Source of the DNA: an uncultured Lentimicrobiaceae bacterium
Lineage (GTDB): Bacteria; Bacteroidota; Bacteroidia; Bacteroidales; 4484-276
Direction of reading: 5' to 3'
DNA length: 46,129 nt
Assembly (NCBI GenBank): GCA_964612515.1
Contig: CAZTCX010000006.1
Coordinates: 1 to 46,129, forward strand
Both the position numbers and the translations under genes were made by a program. Position 1 is the first letter of the stretch, and each line of letters opens with the position of its first letter. The notes beneath the pieces were generated by a model. The model saw nothing but the letters and a program-made list of their open reading frames with translations. It was not told the origin of the DNA and did not search any database. Positions 1 through 9,400 of this stretch are shown piece by piece.

Positions 1-1026
1 TTGGTAAAGATAAAGGTGGTCCCATCCGTCGCGGCGGCTCTGCCAGATAAACTTTTGTGCATCACCGGGCAAGAAATAAAGGTTATGCTGCGGCTCCACA
101 TACCGTTCGTTTTCTTCGGTGAAGAGCGTCAGCATTTGCTGCCCGGTGGCGGCATCGTATTGGTTCATGGCAAGATGATTCTGGTCGCGGTTGAGAATGC
201 CCACATAGATGCTTTTACCATCGGGCGCCCAGGTGACGGAGGTGAGGTATTGATTTTCTGATCCGGCAGTGTTCAGGTAGGTAATTTCGTTGAGTCCCGT
301 ATTAAAAATCCCAAGTTTTACCTTTTGGCTTTTTGCGCCGGCTCGCGGATAGCAAAGTGGGCTGGCGGTGGCCATAGGAGTGTATAAATCGACCAATGGA
401 TAGCGCGCTACTTCCGACTGATCGATGCGGTAAAAAGCCAGACGGCTGCCATCGGGCGACCAGAACGAACCCTGATCGATGCCGAACTCGTTGCGCGACG
501 GCACATGACCGTACAAGATATCGTCGTCGCCTTTGGCTATCACCGTTTCATTTCCGGCAACGGCCACCAACAAATCGCTTCCCATGGTGTAAGCAGCATT
601 TAAAGTTTCATTGCTAATTTGCAAATTGTCGGCTTCCTCGGGATAGTTGTTGACGTCCTGTAGGGTGCTGTCAGCGAAATTATAAACGTAAAGATGCTGC
701 TTCTCGCGAAAATAAAACCGGGTGTCGTCGAGCCAGGTAATGCCGGGAAAACGCCGTAGAGATTTTCCACCTGCCTTTTCCACGCCCTCATTCAGCTTCT
801 CAAGCCGCAAAAGTGTATCGGCTGTAGCCGGATCATTGCTTTGTTTCTGGATCAGTGAATTCTTTTCGAGATAGGTAAAAGCCTGCGTAGCTCCGCGCCA
901 CTGAAGGTTGCTGATGGACTTGGGATAGATGTCCCGATTCATGTAGTCGGCGTAGTCGAAAAGCTTGTCTTGTGCTTGTGTAGCAAAGAAGCTGAAAAGC
1001 ATCAGCCCGAGAATGATCTTCTTCAT
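1..1026 (-). CDS. S9B-family serine peptidase, dipeptidyl-peptidase IV-like N-terminal propeller region (partial; 3' end runs off the window)
   Basis: Not in the ORF track because it has no stop inside the window. I translated the minus strand from ATG 1026..1024 and the frame stays open to nt 1 (342 codons). The N-terminus MKKIILGLMLFSFFATQAQ is a signal peptide. The motif FWSPDGSRLAFYRIDQSEV...YPRAGAKSQKVKL...VTWAPDGKSIYVGILNRDQN is typical of the DPPIV N-terminal domain. Confidence 0.8.
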   Translation of the reverse strand, partial: MKKIILGLMLFSFFATQAQDKLFDYADYMNRDIYPKSISNLQWRGATQAFTYLEKNSLIQKQSNDPATADTLLRLEKLNEGVEKAGGKSLRRFPGITWLDDTRFYFREKQHLYVYNFADSTLQDVNNYPEEADNLQISNETLNAAYTMGSDLLVAVAGNETVIAKGDDDILYGHVPSRNEFGIDQGSFWSPDGSRLAFYRIDQSEVARYPLVDLYTPMATASPLCYPRAGAKSQKVKLGIFNTGLNEITYLNTAGSENQYLTSVTWAPDGKSIYVGILNRDQNHLAMNQYDAATGQQMLTLFTEENERYVEPQHNLYFLPGDAQKFIWQSRRDGWDHLYLYQ

Positions 1027-1224
1027 TTGTTTTTTTTATTAATAAAAATAGAACGAGTTGTCAAAATAGCGGGCAAATTTAGAGATTTTGAGGACAGGAG
1101 GCAAGAGGATATTTTTGTTAGGCGCAAAGCGAAATCTTCTCATGAAAAATATTGACCTATTAAATACAACATGTCGTTATTGTCAGCTTAATGTGAAAAC
1201 CTTATCGGACAGAGCATGTTATAG

Positions 1225-1252
1225 TTTGGGTAAAAATAAAAACCTAATTTTG
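1225..1252 (+). promoter_or_regulatory. Candidate Bacteroidota sigma-A promoter (TTTG-N16-TAATTTTG) for the toxin-antitoxin pair
   Basis: TAATTTTG at 1245-1252 matches the TAnnTTTG -7 box and lies 22 nt before ATG 1274. TTTG at 1225-1228 is a possible -33 element, but the 16-nt spacer is short. Confidence 0.3.
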
Positions 1253-1273
1253 TTCTTTTAGAAAAAGTAAAAG

Positions 1274-1510
1274 ATGAATTCAGACACACAAATTTTAAGC
1301 GGGTATTGGGAATTATTAAATAATCTGAATCCCAGGATTAAGCTCAAATTGATTGAGAAACTATCTCAATCAGTTAGTAGAGATATTATTTCAAATGAAG
1401 ATCGCTTTGAAGAATCTTTTGGGGCATGGATTGATAGTCGTGATTCGGAAAAGGTGATAAAAGAAATCAGGGATAGCAGGATTTTTAATCGTCAAATTGA
1501 ATCGCTTTGA
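1274..1510 (+). CDS. Small antitoxin-like protein paired with a PIN toxin (VapB-like by position)
   Basis: The 78-aa ORF has a stop (TGA 1508-1510) overlapping the TTG start (1507-1509) of the downstream PIN gene. The C-terminal FGAWIDSRDSEKVIKEIRDSR tail resembles antitoxins found with PIN toxins in Bacteroidota. I recognised no clear DNA-binding fold by eye. Confidence 0.6.
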   Translation: MNSDTQILSGYWELLNNLNPRIKLKLIEKLSQSVSRDIISNEDRFEESFGAWIDSRDSEKVIKEIRDSRIFNRQIESL

Positions 1511-1911
1511 AAAAATATTTATTTGACACAAACATTTGTATCTATTACATTCAAGGTAAATTTTCGTTGAATGAAAAGTTCCGGGAGGTTACCAAGGAAA
1601 ATAGATTCATCTCTGAAATTACATTGGCTGAATTGAAATTTGGAGTTGAAAACAGTCAGTCTAAAAAGAAAAATCAAGAAACGCTTGATAACTTTTTAAC
1701 CGGAATTCAAATTCTTCCAATTATTAATTCTCTTGATATTTATGCTGAAGAAAAGGCCAGATTAAGAAAACAAGGTAACACGATTGATGATTTTGATTTG
1801 TTGATAGGAGCTTCTGCAGTTGCAAATGATATGGTTCTGGTGACGAATAACGAAGCGCATTTTCAGCGGATTACTAAAATTATGATTGAAAATTGGGCCA
1901 AAACCCAGTAA
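1507..1911 (+). CDS. vapC: Type II toxin, PIN-domain ribonuclease VapC
   Basis: 134 aa. The acidic PIN signature is present: LFDTN (Asp7), ITLAELKFG (Glu), DDFDLLIGASA (Asp) and VTNN near the C-terminus. It is translationally coupled (TTGA overlap) to the upstream small ORF. Confidence 0.85.
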   Translation: MKKYLFDTNICIYYIQGKFSLNEKFREVTKENRFISEITLAELKFGVENSQSKKKNQETLDNFLTGIQILPIINSLDIYAEEKARLRKQGNTIDDFDLLIGASAVANDMVLVTNNEAHFQRITKIMIENWAKTQ

Positions 1912-2058
1912 GTTGGTGAATCTTGCCCCGGCAAAAAAAGTCGGAATTTCTGATATCCGTAAATAGAAGAAACCAAATTTAGTGTCCCTATTTTTTCTGT
2001 TTTAACAACTTTATCTCATAGAATACCGGCGAACCTCGAACCGTCAAAAAAACAAATC

Positions 2059-3333
2059 ATGATGACTTACGCCGAAACCCTCGATTATTTGTTTGCCCGG
2101 CTGCCCATGTACCAACGTATTGGCGGCGCAGCCTACAAAGCCGACCTAATTAATACACTTGCGCTTTGCCAAAACCTGGGCAATCCAGAACGGCAATTTG
2201 CAGCGGTGCATGTTGCCGGCACCAACGGCAAAGGCTCTGTGAGCAACCTTGTGGCCAGCGTGTTGCAGGAAGCTGGCTTCAAGACAGGACTTTATACTTC
2301 GCCACACTACAAGGATTTCAGAGAGCGCATCAAAATTGATGGCAGGGAAATTCCCGAAGAAAAGGTCGTAGCCTTCATCGATCGCTACCGGCCGATGCTC
2401 GAAGAGATAGAACTTTCATTTTTTGAAATGACCGTCGGTATGGCATTCCGATACTTTGCTGACGAAAAGGTGGACATTGCAGTGGTGGAAGTGGGCATGG
2501 GCGGCCGCCTCGATTCTACCAACATCATCACGCCTTTGGTATCGGTGATCACCAACATTGGTTTGGATCATACACAATTTCTTGGCGATACGCTTGCTAA
2601 AATTGCTGTCGAAAAGGCGGGCATCATCAAGCCCCGGGTTCCGGTGGTAATTGGTGAAACGCAACCGGAAACAAAAGCGGTTTTTGAAAGCATTGCTCAC
2701 GAACATTTTAGTCCTATCACTTTTGCCGATCAAAATTGGCAGATAGATCCAACTGACTTTCAGCAAGTCGAAATTCAATTTCAACACCAGTCATTTCTTA
2801 CCACCCAATTGCCACTGCAAGGAAGTTATCAATATAAAAACCTGCGCACCGCACTCGAAGCCATTCGTAAGCTTGAAAACACGCGCTTTCAAGTTTCTAA
2901 AGAAACCCTGGCTGCAGGCATCGCAAATGTGGTTGCCAATACCGGCATCCGCGGCCGGTGGCAGAAGCTTTCCACGCAGCCACTCACCATCGCCGACAGC
3001 GGCCACAATGCACATGGTTTGCAAATGGTTATTGATAATATTAATGCAACGCCCTACCGCGAGCTTCACATGGTTATTGGCGTGGTGAATGATAAAAATC
3101 TGGATGCCATGATGAAGCTGCTGCCCAAAGACGCCCATTATTATTTCTGCAAAGCAAACATCCCGCGTGCATTGCCTGCAGAGGAGCTGGCGGAGGTGGC
3201 GGCAAAGTGGCAACTTCAAGGATCGGCATATTCCACCGTTGCCGCTGCATGGCAGGCCGCCCGGCAACAGGCGCATCCTGACGATCTGATCTTTATTGGC
3301 GGAAGCACTTTTGTAGTGGCGGAGGTGGTGTAG
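2059..3333 (+). CDS. folC: Bifunctional folylpolyglutamate synthase / dihydrofolate synthase
   Basis: 424 aa. It has the Mur-ligase P-loop HVAGTNGKGS, VVEVGMGGRLDSTN and ITNIGLDHTQFLGDT motifs, and a FolC-like length. Confidence 0.9.
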   Translation: MMTYAETLDYLFARLPMYQRIGGAAYKADLINTLALCQNLGNPERQFAAVHVAGTNGKGSVSNLVASVLQEAGFKTGLYTSPHYKDFRERIKIDGREIPEEKVVAFIDRYRPMLEEIELSFFEMTVGMAFRYFADEKVDIAVVEVGMGGRLDSTNIITPLVSVITNIGLDHTQFLGDTLAKIAVEKAGIIKPRVPVVIGETQPETKAVFESIAHEHFSPITFADQNWQIDPTDFQQVEIQFQHQSFLTTQLPLQGSYQYKNLRTALEAIRKLENTRFQVSKETLAAGIANVVANTGIRGRWQKLSTQPLTIADSGHNAHGLQMVIDNINATPYRELHMVIGVVNDKNLDAMMKLLPKDAHYYFCKANIPRALPAEELAEVAAKWQLQGSAYSTVAAAWQAARQQAHPDDLIFIGGSTFVVAEVV

Positions 3334-3403
3334 CTTTATTTTCAATTCCGGATTTTATAGTAGGTCGTTTATCCGGTTTTGAAATTGAATTACAATTCTT
3401 CAT

Positions 3404-3433
3404 AAAAAAACCCGGAGCATGCCCCGGGTTTTT
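3404..3433. terminator. Bidirectional rho-independent terminator between convergent folC and the giant gene
   Basis: AAAAAAA-CCCGG-agcatgcc-CCGGG-TTTTT: a 5-bp GC stem (3411-3415 / 3424-3428) extended by A/T pairing. There is a U-tract on both strands. Confidence 0.65.
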
Positions 3434-3451
3434 ATCAGAATCAGAAAAGAG

Positions 3452-6400
3452 TTATTTTACAATCAACTTGCGATGAATTACCTGCGAATCGTTGTAGATA
3501 CGCATGTGAATAACCCCGGTAGCAAAAGATGATAAATCAATAGCAACGCGATTCTCACCATCCTCGGCCAAACGGCAGGAAATGGTTTGCAGCACCTGTC
3601 CGTTGACATTCCGAAGCTCAATTTGCATATCGCTTTTTACACCCGAAACATATACCATTCCTGAAGTAGGATTTGGATAAACAGAAATCAGTGAAGTATC
3701 ATCAGGTGTCGGAATTGCCGTTGTTGATGTTTTAGTAATGACCGACACGCCTCCCGAAACAAATTGTCCGTTATGGCAGGCAAATGTCTGATCGAACGCA
3801 ACTTCCAACGTGAATTGCTCGCCGGTTGCCGGACGAATTACTTCAAAACGGATGGCTTCATTTTCGGCAAATCCATCCGTTGCGTCAGTGAGTACATCAT
3901 TGCCAAAAAGAACGATCACATTTCCGAAATCATTTATCTGATGTGCTCCGGCACAAATTCCGGAGGTGGTAAACGCGCCAAGGATGTCGCCAGGCTGAAG
4001 TATGGCAGCCAGATCGTCGTGGATTGCAATGCTGTGCGAGGCTGGTGAATAATGAATCTCGTTCCAGGGGGTATCATATTTGGGTTGTAGCGGCGCTGCT
4101 CCGGCTGACGATTTCAATCCGTCGCATTCGGCAAAGGTGAGGCTAAAAGGTTGGGCTGCTCTGATCTCGTAAGCACGACCCGGCTGCAATTCACCAATGG
4201 TATTGATACTTAAGGCCGGCCAATAAACGCCTGTTCCGGCGATCTCTTTTACTATCTGAACTTTTGTATCATAACCAGCAAGCAAAGTAGCAATATTCAC
4301 GGGACAACTGCTGATTACCGGAAGGTAATTCCAGCCAGATACCATTTGTACCTTACGGTTGCTATTGTTGTCGCCCACTAATTTAAAGGCTACGCTGGTA
4401 GAAAATTTTACGGTATAGCCGGTTTGTGCGTCCCACAAATTCAAAGTTTTCACGTTGTGCTCCGGATAAAACATTTCGCTATAGTTACGTGCTATGACGA
4501 AATCATCCAGATAAGGATCAAAAATAGCTTCGATGTTTGGGTCACCCGGATTAATCCAGGACGATAATCCACTCCATCCGGCAGGGATCATTACTATCTG
4601 CTGATCATAAACTTGCAGATACATCACGTTACTGGTCGCGGAACCACAGTCATTAAAAACTTCAAAATAGTAATATCCTTCGTCCTCGTAGGTAGCTTGC
4701 GCAATAAGCAGCTCCGGCATATTTGCACCTGCTATCATTCCGTCAGGACCATACCATTGGCAACCTGTAGCATTCTCAACTTCCATATTTAATACGATGC
4801 TTTCGCCAATGACCACATAAGTATCGGTAAGATTGGACACGAAAGCAGGCAATGGATCAATGGTGAGCATAAAGCTGCTACTAATAGAATTTGTGCATGG
4901 CGCCAGGGCAAAAGCTGTAAGCGTAAGTTCTGCCTGACCATTTGCTGCATCGGCCATACCAGGAGAATAGATGGTAAGAATAGAGGAAGCGTTTGTAAAA
5001 GTGCCATCTCCACTGGTAGTCCAAAGAATGTTTGAATAATCTTCGGCGGAAGCCAACGTGGTTTCAACTATCCCACCCTCGCAAACGGTTTTATCCGCAC
5101 CAGCTTCTACCAGGGGCATCACGGGTTTTGTAATCGTAAGGCTGTCGATAGCTGAGGCAAAGTCGTCGAAAGCAATGGCGTGAAGGTACAGCGTAATTTC
5201 ATCGGCTCCACGGTCGGCGGGGCCTAATTTATATTTACCAACACCAGCATTTGGATGATCGAAAGTACCGTCGCCGCCGGTGGTCCATTGCAAAGCCTTG
5301 TATCCGCTCGCTGAACCTGCCAATGCGACAATACTGTCGTTTCCACAAATAAAGATGTTTGCACCAGCATTTGCCTGAGCATCATCACCTTCTTGCGTGA
5401 GCTTAAGCGCTATCTCATCTGCAGCATCCATAACGCATGGGTTGATCGACATAACAGCCATCGCCAAATGAATGGTGTCCTGATAAACATCGAAGGGCGA
5501 CGCGATATAAGAAGCGTTTACGGAAGTAGGATTTTCGAACATACCCATACCATTGGTGGTGTACCACTGCACCAGCGAAGCATTTTCAGCCCAGGCGTCA
5601 GCGATATGATATGGTTCTCCAAAAGGAACAATATTATCACCACCCGCATAAACCACTGCATTTTGTAGAATAGTAACCTTCACACAATCGTTGGCATCCT
5701 GACAAGGAGGAGTTGCAATGGCTTGCACACACAGAGTTACCGTTCCGACAACATCGTCGATAATTCCCGGGAAATAGGTAGGATGCAACAACGTGGCATC
5801 ATCAAAGGTTCCATCACCTGTGGTGCTCCACAGAATAGCTTCAGCAAAGTTTATCATAGCATTTTCCAGCATAATACTCTCGCCTGTACAAATTGTCAAA
5901 TCTGCTCCTGCGTTGGCTTCGGCATCGATACAATCATTTCTCTCTATCGTCAGCGTCAGTTCACAAGTTGCTGAAATCGTACATGGATTTTCTGGTTTAG
6001 CTTCCAACTTGAGTACAACGTTACCTTGTCCCACATCAGAATTACTCGGAGTATAAATGGTGTTGAGCTCATTTGCATTAATAAAAACACCTGTTCCGGA
6101 GGTGTGCCAGATAACCTCGCTGTGGTGTTCGGCAGTTGCATCCAGCAACTGATAGCTTTCTCCCTGCTCAATGATTGCATCTGAACCCGCATAAGCGAAA
6201 GGAAGAGGAACAATTGTTAAAGTTAGGCATTCAGAAACCGCCTCACAATTGGCTTTGCCAAAAGCTGTGAGGCAAAGCTCGGTACCGCCATTGCTTACAT
6301 CGGCAGTGCCCGGGAAATATTTAGTTACCAAAGCACTGGCATTGGCAAACGTACCATCGCCATCCGTACTCCATAGCACAGATAGCTGGTTAGTGGCTTG

Positions 6401-9400
6401 CCCCTGCAATGAAACCTGATTATCAGCGCAGCTCAGAATATCACCACCCGGATAAACGGTGGGCGATTTCATGATGGTTAATTTCATGCAATCGTTAGTT
6501 GTAACACACGGTGACTGGCCATTGGCTTGCAGGCAAAGATTGACATAACCGTTCAGCGCATCATTAGAGCCAGGTGTGTAGGTGGTAATAGCTGCCGTTG
6601 GGTCAGCAAAAGTACCATCTCCGTTGGTGGTCCATTGTATGGAGATGGTATTTTGTACTGATCCATTCAAAATATAAGGAGTAGTTTGACAGGTGGTTGC
6701 GTCAACACCGGCATTGGCTACAGGGACAGGAACGAGTGAAACTGCGACTGCATCAGTCACGAAGCCGCATCCATTAGAACCAGTAGCTTTGATAGTTAGC
6801 TGAACGAAACCATTATTTTTATCAACCTGGCTTGGGAAATAAGTGGGATTCAAAATCTGTGGATTGCTGAAGCTTCCTGTCCCGCTGGTATTCCAAAATA
6901 CCGATGAGTGACCAGTGGCAGTTGCCTGAAGTGGCACATTTTGGTTGGCACAGACTGTTACATCATTTCCGGCAAAAGCCGTAGGTCCCGGCTGGAAAGT
7001 AAGGATTAGGCAATCACTCACTGGTTCACAAATGCCGCCGCCGCTTTGGGCTGTAAGGCATAGTTTCGCGCCCAGATTGGCATTGTCTGTTGCGCCGGGA
7101 TAATAGGTTGTGGTGTGCGCAGATGGATTGGCAAAAGTGCCGTCGCCATCAGATGACCAAAGTACAGAGCTGGCATTGGCGGATGCACCCGAAATAGTTG
7201 CATATTGATTCACGCAAAGTGTCTGATCTTCTCCCGCATCTGCTGTTGGGGGAGTTTGAAGTGTAATGACCAAGCAATCCTGCGACTGACCACAACCATT
7301 TTCTGCAAAAGCATTTAGACAAATTTTTGCAGATCCTTCCGCGATATCGTTGTTGCCCGGCGTGTAGATGCTGACGAGTGCTGTAGTGGTGCTGAAAGTT
7401 CCGTCACCAGTGGTCGTCCATTGCAGCGATTCAAATTTGCTGGCTTGTGCCGATAATGCAACATTAGCTGTGTTGCAAATAGTAACATCGTTTCCGGCGG
7501 CTACTTCAGGCAAACTGATAATCGTGAGCTGCATACATGCCATGGTATTTTCACAAGCGAAACGGCCGGTAGCTGTAATGCACAAATCAGCTCCACCTGC
7601 TGCCACATCATTGGCACCGGGATAATATACCGATGAAAGCGCTTGTGGTGTTGCAAAAGTTCCATCTCCCGTTGTGCTCCAAAACACCGATTGATAATGT
7701 GCGGCTACAGCTACGACTGTTATGGTCTGACCCGGGCAGATAGCAACATTTTCCAGTGCAGCTATTTCAGGATTGGGTTGCAATGTAATTTTCAACCCGT
7801 CACTGATTTGCGTACAGGGTGAAATCCCCTGGGCCGTAATGGTGAGGTTGGCATAACCCATCATTTTGTCCTGACTTCCCGGGAAATAAGTTGCATTTGC
7901 TAAAGAAGCATTATTAAAGGTTCCGTCGCCGGCAGTAGTCCAGGCAAGGCTGCTGTATTTAGTTCCTGTGGCAATCAATTGTGCAAAGTTGCTTTCGCAG
8001 ATGGTAAAATCAGCTCCTGCATTTATTACCGGCGCCGGTTGAATCGTTAATAACATCGCGTCGAAAGCATTGTCACAAACACCATTGGCGAAAGCTTTAA
8101 GCGAAAGCACAACGCTTCCCTGGCTTTTGTCATTTGCGCCCGGAGTATAGATAGCATTAGGCAAAGTCGCGTTATTGAACGATCCATCACCCGCAGTGCT
8201 CCACAATACGCCATTATTGTTGGAAGCTGTACCTGATAATTGATACGTCTGGTTTTGACAGATTACCGCATCAGCACCAGCATTGGCAATCGGACTCTTT
8301 TGAATCTCAATTTCGATACACGATAAAGCATCAGCACAAGCTGCCGCAGAAATAGCTTTGAGACATAAAGTTACAAAACCATTTTGCAGATCAGCGGCTC
8401 CGGGTGTGTACATTGCGTTAAGCGCCGAAGGATTGTTGAAAACGCCGTCGCCACTGGTGCTCCAAACAACGCTGGCGAAGTTGGTGGCTATGGCCGATAA
8501 CTGCACCTGTTCGCCGGCACATATCTGCTGGTCGTTGCCGGCGTTGGCAGTAGGCACAGGTAAAATATTTATGATCATTTCACTGATGGCGTCACCACAA
8601 TTCCCTGACGAAAATGCCGTGAGACTGATCTTAGCCTTACCAAGAGCGATATCTCCGGCTCCCGGCAAATAGGTAGTGTTGAGAGCAGCAGCATTTGTAA
8701 AGGCACCGTCGCCTTTGGTTGTCCAAAGCAAGCTTTCATAATCGGCTGCCTGCCCGACAAGGGTGGCAGTTCCCGTTTCGCAAATGATCATATCATTTCC
8801 TGCATTGGCGTAAGCCGATGGAATTAGCGTAAGCACAAAAGAACTTGCGTCCGAAGTACATCCCGCCAATGGATTTGCGACAAGCTGCAGTTCTACAGTT
8901 TCGGCTACAATATCGGCAGCTCCGGGATAATAAATTGTGTTGAGGAAGGCTGCATCTTCAAAAGTGCCGTCGCCTGAAGTTATCCATTGCAGGCTTTGAT
9001 AATCGGCTGCAAATGCTTCAAACAGCATGTATTCCTCATTGCCACAGATAGTAGCATCCTCACCGGCATAAACGATGGGCTGGGCATTGAAAGTGACGCA
9101 CAGAGTATCATACACCGCTTCACACGGGCTGTTGGTTGCCGACAGAATCAAATCGACACGTCCACCGATTTTTTCATAAAAACTAAAGACATACCGCGTC
9201 ACAAGCTGATTTGGTGAAGTAAAAAATCCTTCTCCGGTAGTGATCCATAAAATATTTCCTCCGTTCACAGCACTTCCAACAAGATCAATGTAATCTTCAG
9301 TAACACACAAGGTGACGTTCTCGCCGGCATCAATCACTGGCGAATTGCCAAAAATGATCTCGAGGCAATCTGTTGCGTTATTGCAATTTCCACCAGCAAA

